Positions 37,160 through 46,516 are shown, counted from the first letter of the stretch. The stretch is 64,000 nt of DNA from an uncultured Pirellulales bacterium (GCA_964581905.1 CAZOQJ010000001.1:21653-85652), one strand, 5' to 3'. Translations and numbers: made by a program. The notes: a model not told the origin generated them from the sequence alone.

Positions 37160-37741
37160 TCATTCCGCCTTTTTGAGCGCTTTACCAATTTGCTCAAGGT
37201 GTTCGTCAATCAGTAATTCAATTATTCCTTTTGGGCTCTCGAGCACACATTCTGCCCGTCCAATGCTTTGGTCCGCAACAAATTTGATACCAGCCAAGGT
37301 TTCACTGCCGTCATTCTGCTGGGCTTGCTGGCAGGCTGTCAGGTCATGTGGATTCAAACGTACGACTAAATCCTGATGCGTAGGGGCGTTCTTAAGTGCC
37401 TCTCTGACGATTGTTTCAATTTCATAGTCGCCGTCTTTGGCTTTCTGCATTAATATCTTTCTGGCAATTTCCACCGAAAGTCTGGCAATTTCTTCTTTGT
37501 GGCTGGCAAATATCTCATCGTAAACCTGGTTAAGTTTGGAAGTCAGGCCTTGAAGTGTCTGGCAAACCTCGCTATACAAGCTTTTCTGAGCTTTCAAATC
37601 CTCTATCAACTTAATTTGCTCAGGTTTCGCTGATGGATTCATTGCACCCGTAATGGACGATTCGACATCACCGGGGTAATCATTTAAGATTCTTACCGAC
37701 TTAATCGGTTTAGCAAGATTGACCGCAAATGTACCGGCCAT
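37160..37741 (-). CDS. fliH: flagellar assembly protein FliH
   Basis: 193 aa between fliG and fliI. Coiled-coil middle and a FliH/YscL-like C-terminal domain (VRLNPHDL..AECVLESPKGIIE). Confidence 0.75.
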   Translation of the reverse strand: MAGTFAVNLAKPIKSVRILNDYPGDVESSITGAMNPSAKPEQIKLIEDLKAQKSLYSEVCQTLQGLTSKLNQVYDEIFASHKEEIARLSVEIARKILMQKAKDGDYEIETIVREALKNAPTHQDLVVRLNPHDLTACQQAQQNDGSETLAGIKFVADQSIGRAECVLESPKGIIELLIDEHLEQIGKALKKAE

Positions 37742-37745
37742 TGTA

Positions 37746-38780
37746 TTATTCTTCTATAAAGTTGAGTTCACCTTTTTCATTCATTTCGCGCAAAGTCTTA
37801 ACAATCTCTTCTTTGGCTTGTTCAATATCATCTTTCTTGGGTGTTGACATAAGTGATGTTTCTTCGTCTATTGTAGCTGCTGCACGTTCGGAGATGTTAG
37901 ACCTGATTTTTTGGATGATTGCTTTATCGGCTTTGATCAATGCTAGCGCCAATTGTTTGGAGTCGATTCCTCGCAGGGCTTCTTGCATAGACCTGTCAGC
38001 AACTTGTGGAATATCTTCCCAGAGTATCATCAGATTAGCCACTTGCTTGCCAGCTTCGTCATCTTTTTCGTGTATTGCACTGAGCAAACCATCTCGAAGT
38101 TCCTTGCCCAGATTTCGTAAAATAACGGCCAATTTTCTTAGAGACTGTCCCTTTCGAGCTTGGACAGCACCGCCGGTCCCTGCTGTAAGAGCCTCGAGAT
38201 GTTTGCAAATCATCTCTGCTATTCGTGCCTTTGCTTCGACGGTCACAGTATCGGAATCGGTCATTCTACCGGCAGCACTACGCCGGGAATCTTCATTTAA
38301 AAGGCCAAGAACCTCCGCGCTCTTCTTGGCCGGTAATTCTGATAAAACCACCGCAGCTGCCTGGGGGTGCTCATTTTCTAAAACTGATGCCAAATCCTGC
38401 GAATCCACTGAGCGAATGGGTATAAAGGGGTCCCGTTTCTGCAGTGAATTTTCAATCTCAGTTTTTATTTGCTCTGCCTTTTCATGACCTACCGTGCTTT
38501 TTAGCATCTCGTCCAGGAAGCTCTTAAGATGAAATCCTTCCTTAACTTGTAGTAAATCACAGAACTGACGGGCAATTTCAGCGTTTCGTTTGGTGTCCCT
38601 CAAACCCGCTGCGTCCAGATACGCTAATTCCACTGCTAATTCCTGAACCACTTTAGCATCCACACCTTTGAGTAATTCAGCAGCAGTTGCAGCATCGAGG
38701 TTCATTAACAGCATCGCAGCTTTTTGTTTACCACTCAATACCACTTGTTTAGCTCCCTTTTTCCTCAAGCCAGCTTGCAA
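37746..38780 (-). CDS. fliG: flagellar motor switch protein FliG
   Basis: 344 aa. LSGKQKAAMLLMNLDAATAAELLK N-terminus and C-terminal torque-helix region RAAATIDEETSLM. Confidence 0.92.
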   Translation of the reverse strand: MQAGLRKKGAKQVVLSGKQKAAMLLMNLDAATAAELLKGVDAKVVQELAVELAYLDAAGLRDTKRNAEIARQFCDLLQVKEGFHLKSFLDEMLKSTVGHEKAEQIKTEIENSLQKRDPFIPIRSVDSQDLASVLENEHPQAAAVVLSELPAKKSAEVLGLLNEDSRRSAAGRMTDSDTVTVEAKARIAEMICKHLEALTAGTGGAVQARKGQSLRKLAVILRNLGKELRDGLLSAIHEKDDEAGKQVANLMILWEDIPQVADRSMQEALRGIDSKQLALALIKADKAIIQKIRSNISERAAATIDEETSLMSTPKKDDIEQAKEEIVKTLREMNEKGELNFIEE

Positions 38781-40287
38781 ATAACTTTTTGGCCTGCTCG
38801 GGGTTACTTCGCAGGGTGTTGGCTATTTGTCTACGCAGCATTAATGACTCAGAATCCTCAGCCCCGGCAGGCAGAAGACCGGCGGTTTGACCAAAAGCTG
38901 CAGGCAGCCCCTCTGCTGGGGCCGTCTCAGCCGCCTTTTTCTTCGCTTTGCCGAACATTTTAAGCACAACAAGTGCACAAATTGCCATAATCCCCAAAGA
39001 ACTATGCCGGGCAATCGCTATAAAATCCAGTCCACCAGATTCCTCCTGGCCAATTAACGATTCCACCGGACGATTGAATCTGGTATCAACCACTTTAAGG
39101 TCTTTGTCTTTTAATTTGGGTCCAAGTGCTTTTTTAATAATTTCTTCCACATCAGATATCGTCATTATCGGTCCAGCTGCGGCTTCGCTTCCTGCCTGTT
39201 CTGTTTCACCTTCACCTGTTTCAATTTTCTTCGGTGCAGACAAGTCAACGAAGGCTGCTACTGTTAGAGATTTTATCTCGCCCGGCAGTTCGACTGTTTG
39301 CTGAACAGTTTTAGGGACCGCGTATTCAGTAACGATTGTTTCACCTTTTTTCATGCTCCCTGGTACAGCCGCTTCGCTTTCAGCGGACGCCTTGCCTCCT
39401 TTGGTCTCAGATTCAGTTTTAATCTCTTCTTTTCTGGGTACCTTTTTGCCTTCGTCGTAGATTTCCTTGGCAGTATTACTGCTGGTCATATCAATCTCGG
39501 CACTAACCTCTACCTTTGCCCGCCCCGGGCCTAAGACAGCGGTGAGCATGCCTTCGACCTTGTTAGCTAAATTCTGCTCCACCCTTTCACGGTAGTCAGC
39601 GACGGTTCCTGCTCCACCAGCCATAATTTGGTCCGATTCGCCGGAAAGAAGATGTCCCTGGCTGTCAACTACGGTTACATTTTCAGAAATGAGTCCTTCG
39701 ACACTGCCTGCCACTAAATGCGTAATCGCTGCTATGTTTAAAACGCTCGCTCTGTAACCGGGTTTTAGCTGAAGAACTACAGAGGCACTTGTCTGCGAAC
39801 TTCCGGATGTGAAAACCGATTGCTCAGTACTGACTATATGAACCCGCGCATGACTTACACCATCGAGCATTTGTATGCTTTTTGCAAGTTCATCCTGAAG
39901 GGCTCGTTTCAAATTAACGTTCTGTACAAACGGGCTGACTCCGATTTTCTCATTATCAAATAAACCGTAGCCTTTCTGACCATCTTTAGGCAGGCCTTCT
40001 TTTGCCATATCCAGGCGAAGCTGTGCTATATTTTTTTTCGGAGCATAGATGGTTGTCCCACCATTCGCTAATTTGTAAACTACCCCTTTCTCACTAATCT
40101 TCTCTGTAATCTTAGCGGCTTCTTCACGCTCAAGATTCGAGTAAAGCAGCCCCATATCCGGCCTGCGAGCCCAATGGATAAGCAATGCAACGGCGATAAT
40201 GAACGTCAGGCTTATCGCTATCAGCAAAGCTCGTTGAACCAGGCTCACATTTCGCCATATTGCACTTAATTTCTGGAAAAAGTTCAT
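38749..40287 (-). CDS. fliF: flagellar MS-ring protein FliF
   Basis: The start is taken at the ATG at 40287 (MNFFQKLSAIWRNVSLVQRALLIA). Upstream codons of the longer ORF run through a GC-rich repeat. FliF core KLANGGTTIYAPKKNIAQLRLDMAKEGLPKDG. Confidence 0.9.
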   Translation of the reverse strand: MNFFQKLSAIWRNVSLVQRALLIAISLTFIIAVALLIHWARRPDMGLLYSNLEREEAAKITEKISEKGVVYKLANGGTTIYAPKKNIAQLRLDMAKEGLPKDGQKGYGLFDNEKIGVSPFVQNVNLKRALQDELAKSIQMLDGVSHARVHIVSTEQSVFTSGSSQTSASVVLQLKPGYRASVLNIAAITHLVAGSVEGLISENVTVVDSQGHLLSGESDQIMAGGAGTVADYRERVEQNLANKVEGMLTAVLGPGRAKVEVSAEIDMTSSNTAKEIYDEGKKVPRKEEIKTESETKGGKASAESEAAVPGSMKKGETIVTEYAVPKTVQQTVELPGEIKSLTVAAFVDLSAPKKIETGEGETEQAGSEAAAGPIMTISDVEEIIKKALGPKLKDKDLKVVDTRFNRPVESLIGQEESGGLDFIAIARHSSLGIMAICALVVLKMFGKAKKKAAETAPAEGLPAAFGQTAGLLPAGAEDSESLMLRRQIANTLRSNPEQAKKLFASWLEEKGS

Positions 40288-40310
40288 TAAACCCTTTCGT
40301 TTTTTGCTAC

Positions 40311-40349
40311 CGAGACACTCGTCTCGGCGAAGGCACGAGCCGTAGCCGG
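40311..40349 (+). repeat. GC-rich intergenic repeat, family GTCTCGGCGAAGGC..GCCGTAGCCGG (copy 2)
   Basis: CGAGACACTCGTCTCGGCGAAGGCACGAGCCGTAGCCGG contains the palindrome CGAGAC-ACTC-GTCTCG. Its inverted partner is at 41211..41243. Confidence 0.75.
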
Positions 40350-40452
40350 ACAAAGGCACTATTTTTTAAACTTTTATCCGCCAGACGTACTCCCGTAAGG
40401 GATGCCTTACGGCAGGCGGATTAAATTTCTTTGTGCCTTCGTGGCTAATCCG

Positions 40453-40776
40453 TTACAGAGGCATCTTCAGTGTCTCTTTGTAGGCTTCTATTAATTTGTT
40501 CCTGATACCGACAAGAAGTTTGAAACTTATATCCGCTTTAGCCATAGCTGAAACCACCGAGTTGACATCCTCATTTTTGCCGGCCAGCAATTCCGTTATA
40601 GACGTATTTGAGGATTGTTGAATATCGTCAACTTTGGACAAATATTTCTCCACGGCCTTAACGGTGTCAGTAAAGTCTGATTTCTTGGCATCAGTATTGT
40701 TTGGTTTGCTTATTCCAGCGAAACTGTTATTGGCATTAGGCTGCATTGATGTTATATTAGGATTAAAGTTAATCAT
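40453..40776 (-). CDS. fliE: flagellar hook-basal body protein FliE
   Basis: The ATG at 40776 is preceded by an AGAGG RBS and does not overlap flgC. C-terminus AMAKADISFKLLVGIRNKLIEAYKETLKMPL is typical of FliE. Confidence 0.88.
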   Translation of the reverse strand: MINFNPNITSMQPNANNSFAGISKPNNTDAKKSDFTDTVKAVEKYLSKVDDIQQSSNTSITELLAGKNEDVNSVVSAMAKADISFKLLVGIRNKLIEAYKETLKMPL

Positions 40777-40789
40777 TTTGTTTGACCTC

Positions 40790-41194
40790 TTACTTAAGCA
40801 GTTCAAGCGTGGTTTCTACCATCCGCTGGTAACGTTTCAAGACAGCTGTATTAGCCTGATACAATCGTGTTGCAATATTTAAATTTATCATCTCGAGGGG
40901 CAGGTTTACATTGGGCATCATCACATATCCCTGTTCGTCTGCATCGGGATGGCCAGGTTTCAAAACCCGCTGAAAATCACTCATATCAGCTGCTATTTCC
41001 TCCAGGTTGACACCGCCGATACCTTCTCCATCTGTTTTAAACACGGCCTCGAGTCTGCGGTAGGGCTCACCCTTGCCGTTATCCGTTGTTTGGGCGTTGG
41101 CCACATTTGACGAGATTACACTTATATTCTTCTCCTGTGCTCGAAGCCCCGAGATTGCTATATCTATAGGGCCAAAGGTATTGTTAATTTCCAT
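40790..41194 (-). CDS. flgC: flagellar basal-body rod protein FlgC
   Basis: 134 aa. ISGLRAQEKNISVISSNVANAQTT and C-terminal MINLNIATRLYQANTAVLKRYQRM. Confidence 0.95.
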   Translation of the reverse strand: MEINNTFGPIDIAISGLRAQEKNISVISSNVANAQTTDNGKGEPYRRLEAVFKTDGEGIGGVNLEEIAADMSDFQRVLKPGHPDADEQGYVMMPNVNLPLEMINLNIATRLYQANTAVLKRYQRMVETTLELLK

Positions 41195-41210
41195 CTGAAT
41201 CTATCACTTT

Positions 41211-41243
41211 CCGGCTACGGCCCGGCCTTCGCCGAGACGAGTC
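41211..41243 (+). repeat. GC-rich intergenic repeat (copy 3, inverted relative to copy 2)
   Basis: CCGGCTACGGCCCGGCCTTCGCCGAGACGAGTC is the near reverse complement of 40317..40349. Lies in the flgB-flgC spacer. Confidence 0.75.
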
Positions 41244-41286
41244 CAAGCTAATCGATATTCTCACGGCTTTTTCGTGTTATCAACTG

Positions 41287-41658
41287 TCACCGTATGTTCA
41301 TTGCCAGTTCCATTTGTTTGTATTTCTTATAAAGCAGCCGGACATATGTCTTGTGGCGAAGAGTATTTTTCACCATCTCGCCCACTTCGGCTTCAAGATT
41401 AACGTCATTGCCGTTTGATTTTACGGGTGTTTGTTTAGGCCGATAAACCAGTGATTTAATATCGCTGAGGTCAACTGCTCCAGGTGATTCCAGCGCCTTG
41501 GCAAGCAGTTCTTCGAACTTGACATCAATCCTGCGATATCCCGGCGTCTTAAGATTGGCGACATTATTGGCGATCGTTTTTTGGCGAAGGCTCTCAGCTT
41601 TTATCCCCGCTTCCAGAAAGTCTACTATATTGTTTGTCTGGGACATATTCGGCTCCAT
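41287..41658 (-). CDS. flgB: flagellar basal-body rod protein FlgB
   Basis: 123 aa. An alternative ATG lies 12 nt downstream. LRQKTIANNVANLKTPGYRR and C-terminal MVKNTLRHKTYVRLL. Confidence 0.9.
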   Translation of the reverse strand: MEPNMSQTNNIVDFLEAGIKAESLRQKTIANNVANLKTPGYRRIDVKFEELLAKALESPGAVDLSDIKSLVYRPKQTPVKSNGNDVNLEAEVGEMVKNTLRHKTYVRLLYKKYKQMELAMNIR

Positions 41659-41798
41659 ATTTGGCGGAGCAAAACAGTTTCACGTCCCCAAGCCGTCTGT
41701 CGACTGGCGGGGCCCGTCTTGTGATACAACTTCATCACCCATTCGTCAGTGCAGAGCCTGCCGGAGCACGGCAGTCCTATCTTCTCTTTAAGAAAAGA

Positions 41799-41814
41799 GC
41801 AATTATCGTGCCAA
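41799..41814 (-). promoter_or_regulatory. sigma-54 -24/-12 promoter for flgB-led operon
   Basis: The minus strand reads TTGGCAC-GATAA-TTGC, a perfect match to TGGCAC-N5-TTGC. About 140 nt upstream of the flgB start. Confidence 0.7.
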
Positions 41815-42245
41815 ATATTCAAAGCCAGGCTTTTTCAATCTATTAACCGGCTATTTTGCTCAAAAAACGCCACTAACACAAACAACTACCAGTAGCACAG
41901 GGCTGCGGCGGCCTTCACACCGATGAATCGGTGTTAGGTTTCTATACATAGCGGCGCTTTTGTACACCCATAGGTTTGCCCCCGCTGATTCGATTTTGCG
42001 AAGCAAAACGGTGGGGGCAAAACTGCGGGGACATCTTCCTTTTTCCAACGGTTGCTCCAGCTTTACCCAGTCTGCCCTGAACAATGTCGAAGGGACCAAC
42101 CCGGAAAATCTTTCCTGAAATGCAGGAATATTCCGCCGTAATTACAGCCAACGGTAAAATTTTTTAATCAATCGTTTTTATTTAGTGTTTATAACTGCTT
42201 TGTTGACAAAGCCTTACGGCTTATAAGGCCGCCGTCTCCTGATTC

Positions 42246-42260
42246 TGGCACAGCAATTGC
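42246..42260 (+). promoter_or_regulatory. sigma-54 -24/-12 promoter for fliK
   Basis: TGGCAC-AGCAA-TTGC is a perfect consensus match. It is divergent from the flgB promoter, ~430 bp away. Confidence 0.7.
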
Positions 42261-42276
42261 GAAAAGCAAATGTTAT

Positions 42277-43863
42277 ATGAATGTCGGTCTACCAACTATA
42301 GTTTTAGAGGTCTTAGCGCATCAGCAGGCGATAGGTGTATCTCCGTCGAGGCGCGCAGAAACCAAAAGTGCTAAATTTGCTCCTGTGTTAGCAAAAAACG
42401 CTGCTGATAAAAGTCCGGAAACAACGGCCGATAACAATCTATCTAATAGCCCAAAAAAACCTATCAATAGTCAAATAGAGAAGTTTTGCAAGGCATATGG
42501 CAAGGGTATAAAGGCCGTAGCGGGGCGGAGTGCTTCCCAAAATACAGAAACCAAAAAGCCGTCTGTTACAAAGAAAATGATTCTTGAGTCGAAGGATAGC
42601 CCTGAGCTTGCCCAGACGCTTGCGGGATTTGAGGCTTCCAAACCGTCTTCCAGCACCAAGTGTTCTTCTAAACAAACTGAAAACAAGCCTGTTCTGACTG
42701 TTGACTCCAGGAACCAAAATGCAGGCAAAACCGTTCTAACCCCGGTCTTTGCAAGGCCGCTTATTGCCAACGACCTCGTCGGAAAAGGCAAAAACTGTGA
42801 TGAGACGTCAACATCAAGTAAAACAGTTGTGTCCCAAAAATACCTCACCAATCAGGTAATCGCAAAAAAAGCAACAGCCGAAATGCTTACTGACGGTAGC
42901 AAAACAGCCGTGGATAATGAAATGTCAACCATGGCGGACAAACCGGCTGTCTCTGGCAATCAAAAAACACCTGTGAATGCCGGCTTATTCGCAAATCAAA
43001 ACAAAACCCTTGACGAGTTTGGTTTGGGCAAATCTGCCACTCTTGTCAAGACACCGACTGGTGATAAAGCCGATATCGGCCAACAGGCCGTCTCAGGCAT
43101 ACCGGAACTTACAGAATCATCGCGAAGCAATGACAAAGGTCACGTCACCGGCAGTATTCTGAATGATTTCCTTCTCAAAAAGTTAAATTCCGAACAGATT
43201 ATATCCATTAACAAAACAAAAGGCGACGGTAGTTCATCTACAGGCAACAGTAACTTTGAGGATAACTCTCCCAAGACTTTCAAACAGATATTCTCTGCCA
43301 ACGGTGCTCAATACTCTGGTACAGAGCAATCCTCGGCCAATGCTTCAGCTTCAAAGATGGCGAATACTGCTTCACCGAGCGATGTATCCACAAGCGTTGG
43401 CAAACAAATCCAGGAATCCATCCATAGTTCTTTGAAGCAGGGCGAACAGCAGGTTACTATTCGTCTTAACCCTCCGGAGCTTGGAAAGGTTTCTATAAAA
43501 TTGCATGAGCAGGACGGACAAATTATCGGATTGCTGGAAGTCAGCAGAGCACAAACCAGAGCCGAAATACAGCAGGCATTACCCCAGATGATCCAAAATC
43601 TTGTAGAGAGCGGGGTTCAAGTAAAACGGCTTGAGGTTCTGCTGACAAACCAACAAGAGCAGCAGAGTTTCAAGGACCCCTCGTTAGCCGCTGGTGCGGA
43701 CGGCTGGTCCGGACAGGGACAAGCTGGGGCGAATTCCGATTCGCAGGGCAACAATCCCGGTTGGGTCGAGACTAATGAATGGTTGACTAATGACCAGAGT
43801 TACACCAGCTTCATCGAGCCGGGAGTACAAGTTACTGATGACTTTATAAACATACTGGTATAA
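42277..43863 (+). CDS. fliK: flagellar hook-length control protein FliK-like
   Basis: 528 aa. The N-terminal two-thirds is low-complexity and Ser/Thr/Lys/Pro-rich. C-terminal Flg_hook-type domain VTIRLNPPELGKVSIKLHEQDGQIIGLLEVSRAQTRAEIQQALPQM. The start is uncertain because the annotated ATG lies only ~5 nt from the predicted sigma-54 transcription start. Confidence 0.75.
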   Translation: MNVGLPTIVLEVLAHQQAIGVSPSRRAETKSAKFAPVLAKNAADKSPETTADNNLSNSPKKPINSQIEKFCKAYGKGIKAVAGRSASQNTETKKPSVTKKMILESKDSPELAQTLAGFEASKPSSSTKCSSKQTENKPVLTVDSRNQNAGKTVLTPVFARPLIANDLVGKGKNCDETSTSSKTVVSQKYLTNQVIAKKATAEMLTDGSKTAVDNEMSTMADKPAVSGNQKTPVNAGLFANQNKTLDEFGLGKSATLVKTPTGDKADIGQQAVSGIPELTESSRSNDKGHVTGSILNDFLLKKLNSEQIISINKTKGDGSSSTGNSNFEDNSPKTFKQIFSANGAQYSGTEQSSANASASKMANTASPSDVSTSVGKQIQESIHSSLKQGEQQVTIRLNPPELGKVSIKLHEQDGQIIGLLEVSRAQTRAEIQQALPQMIQNLVESGVQVKRLEVLLTNQQEQQSFKDPSLAAGADGWSGQGQAGANSDSQGNNPGWVETNEWLTNDQSYTSFIEPGVQVTDDFINILV

Positions 43864-43883
43864 GGGGTTTCGCTCACATGTAA

Positions 43884-45509
43884 ATGGATAGTAGTGCAGA
43901 AACAATAAAAATCGCTGACCAATACTACACGGACGGAGATGTTCAGCAGGCTGAGCAGTTGTACCAGTTGATTCTGCAAAACCAGCCGGACAATGCATCT
44001 GCATTTCACATGTTGGGTGTAATAGCACATCAGAGGGGAGACAACCATTTAGCCGTCGATTTGCTCAGCAAAGCTGTCGCGAGCAATTCTCAAGAGGCAA
44101 AGTATTACAACAATCTTGGAGTTGCTCTTAAAGCGTTTGGCAGATTTGAAGAAGCCATGCAGGCCTACGAGAAAGCACTGCTGTTGAAACCGGATTACGC
44201 AGATGCCTGCTATAATATGGGTAATGCACTGGCTTCGCTGGGTCACTATGCTGCCGCAGTTGAGCAATACAGGCAGGGCCTGTTATTCAAACCAGATGAT
44301 GCTTACATATACTATAATATTGGTGTCGCTATGCAGGAGCTTGGTAGCCACGCCGAAGCGGTTGAGAATTTCGAGCAGGCAATTCGTATGGGATACAATT
44401 CGACAGAAGTTTACAGAGCAATAGCTGCTTCCCGCCAGGCACAGGGTCGATACGACGATGCCATTAACACCTTAAGGCAGGCTTTACGCCTCAAGCCGGA
44501 TTGTGCCTTCACCCATACTGATTTGGGTATGTTGCTATTGTTGGAGGGCGATTTCTTACAGGGCTGGAGAGAGTACCACTGGCGATTAGACGACTGTGAA
44601 TGGTCTAAGCATTTCTCTGACGCACTTCGCTGGGGTGGTTCAAATTTTGCGGGTAAAAGACTTCTTGTATGCTGTGAACAGGGCCAGGGTGATAATATCC
44701 ATTTTGTGCGATACCTGCCTATGGTCAAAGCGCGAGGTGGAACGGTTATTTTTGCAATATATAATGAGCTTTATAGCCTGCTAAAGGATTTCCCCGGTGT
44801 TGATGAGGCCGTAAATCTATCCGATGAAAACTGTAGTCCTGTATTCGATTTTTATACACCGATAATGGATTTGGCGGGTATATTCGGCACAACTTTAGAT
44901 ACTATTCCGAATCAGGTACCTTATATATCTGCAGGCCCGCACAAGGTTGAGTACTGGCGAAAAAGACTGTCCGGGCCGGATTTCAAGGTCGGTATTGTCT
45001 GGTCAAGCTCACCTGGACGTGGAGGAAAACACCTGCGAGATTGCAATCTGATTGATTTTTCTGTTATTTCAAAAGTTAAAGGCGTAAAATTATACTCTTT
45101 ACAAAAGGGTTCAGCATCTGAACAAATAGAACAATCGGCTGGGGAAATCCCTCTGGAAAATCTTGGGGCACAATTCAAAGACTTCTCCGACACCGCAGCG
45201 GCGATGGAAAATCTGGACTTGATTATTTCTGTGGATACATCTGTGCTTCATTTAGCGGGGGCGATGGGCAAGCCGACCTGGGCACTTCAAGGCTTTGTGC
45301 CGGACTGGAGGTGGATGCTGAACAGGGATGACAGTCCCTGGTATCCTACTATGAGGCTCTTCAGACAGCAGGAACTGGGGAATTGGGATGATGCATTTCG
45401 TCGTTTGACAGAGCAGCTCCAAATGCTTGTTCACCCCCGCGTCTTCCTGTCGGAAAACAGGAGCGGGGGCGGACTGGTTGCTGAACACGTTGGTACCCAC
45501 GAAAGCTAA
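43884..45509 (+). CDS. TPR-repeat protein fused to a GT9/GT41-like GT-B domain (FlmG-like architecture)
   Basis: 541 aa with at least 5 TPR units at the N-terminus. C-terminal motifs CEQGQGDNIHFVRYLPMVKARGG and ISVDTSVLHLAGAMGKPTWAL..SPWYPTMRLFRQ are characteristic of the TPR-heptosyltransferase-like family. Confidence 0.75.
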   Translation: MDSSAETIKIADQYYTDGDVQQAEQLYQLILQNQPDNASAFHMLGVIAHQRGDNHLAVDLLSKAVASNSQEAKYYNNLGVALKAFGRFEEAMQAYEKALLLKPDYADACYNMGNALASLGHYAAAVEQYRQGLLFKPDDAYIYYNIGVAMQELGSHAEAVENFEQAIRMGYNSTEVYRAIAASRQAQGRYDDAINTLRQALRLKPDCAFTHTDLGMLLLLEGDFLQGWREYHWRLDDCEWSKHFSDALRWGGSNFAGKRLLVCCEQGQGDNIHFVRYLPMVKARGGTVIFAIYNELYSLLKDFPGVDEAVNLSDENCSPVFDFYTPIMDLAGIFGTTLDTIPNQVPYISAGPHKVEYWRKRLSGPDFKVGIVWSSSPGRGGKHLRDCNLIDFSVISKVKGVKLYSLQKGSASEQIEQSAGEIPLENLGAQFKDFSDTAAAMENLDLIISVDTSVLHLAGAMGKPTWALQGFVPDWRWMLNRDDSPWYPTMRLFRQQELGNWDDAFRRLTEQLQMLVHPRVFLSENRSGGGLVAEHVGTHES

Positions 45510-46516
45510 TTTGCTGGATTGGCCGGTTCAACCACTCTGCTTTTACTTTTCTGACGGGCCGTTTCTATTGATTGCAGGAAGCTGGTTTTGAACCTTTCTT
45601 TGCAGAATTGCTCACGAACTGTCTTTTGCCCTTCACGCCCCATCCTGATTGCTAAATTTTTATCTTCCAGCAGCATCTGTGCGTGTTTACGCAGTTCATT
45701 CGGTTCATCACTGAGAAATCCGCTTACTCCATGTTTGATTGGTGAGCTTGGATGCTTGTTGCCCAGGACGGGCATACCCGCGGCCATTGCTTCTATTGTG
45801 GCCATGTTGTATCCGTCTTCGAGCGTTGAGTCGGCTGTGTGGATATAAAAACGATGAGACTGCATTATCTCTTTTAAATCATCCCAGTTTTTAGCAGCTG
45901 ATACGCCCGGCATATCCGGATTATGCCCAACGAGCTTTATTGGCAGACCCTTGAATGCCTTTTCGTGAAAGGCCCATAGTAAAATCTTTTTTCGGCTGCT
46001 AATAAAATTGCAAATACGAAGGCCGCAGGCCTTATCACCTGAAAAGTTCGGATAATCATTAGGGTCGGCCCAGAATGGTATTATATCTTCCGTAAAGCCC
46101 CAGGATTTACCCTTGAGTTCAGAGACGGCTACTACATGGCCACCGATGAGCGAGAGATACTCATGCAGCATTTGTTTCATTTGGACCGGTTCAATATTGG
46201 ATTTTTCTTCGAGTCTTCTGCCCTCGATTGTAGAGTGAATAACCAGAAGCCGTGGTTCTGTGCGATTTTTAACGTCAAGCAAATCGGCTATGTTGTGAGT
46301 TATTATGCAGTAATAAGATTCATCGGACTGCAGGGCCTGCGGCAAGGTTATTATACGGCTATCAGGGGGGATTGGCCGCATCTGCCGGTCCCATGTCGTT
46401 TTGTACTGGCCCTTAAGCCCTACGATTATATCAAGTTTATATCCCAATACGCCAAGTTGGTAAACCCATGCCTCGTGGCAATTAAATACAAGCAGCGTTT
46501 TTTTATGCGTAGGCAT
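45506..46516 (-). CDS. GT-B (GT1/GT4-family) glycosyltransferase
   Basis: 336 aa. EDGYNMATIEAMAAGMPVLGNKHPSSPIKHGVSGFL matches the GT4 E-x7-E region. Confidence 0.85.
   Translation of the reverse strand: MPTHKKTLLVFNCHEAWVYQLGVLGYKLDIIVGLKGQYKTTWDRQMRPIPPDSRIITLPQALQSDESYYCIITHNIADLLDVKNRTEPRLLVIHSTIEGRRLEEKSNIEPVQMKQMLHEYLSLIGGHVVAVSELKGKSWGFTEDIIPFWADPNDYPNFSGDKACGLRICNFISSRKKILLWAFHEKAFKGLPIKLVGHNPDMPGVSAAKNWDDLKEIMQSHRFYIHTADSTLEDGYNMATIEAMAAGMPVLGNKHPSSPIKHGVSGFLSDEPNELRKHAQMLLEDKNLAIRMGREGQKTVREQFCKERFKTSFLQSIETARQKSKSRVVEPANPAN

Noticed and set aside
37729-38487. 252-aa ORF on the + strand antisense to fliG and the end of fliH
   Set aside because: It lies entirely within well-supported minus-strand flagellar genes. 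Its Ser/Leu/Ile-rich low-complexity composition is typical of the shadow frame of Glu/Lys/Ala-rich genes. No RBS or independent motif.
41625-42151. Several 65-97-aa ORFs in the flgB-fliK divergent promoter region
   Set aside because: No RBS and no motif, and they overlap each other in different frames. The region is better explained as regulatory DNA between two sigma-54 promoters.
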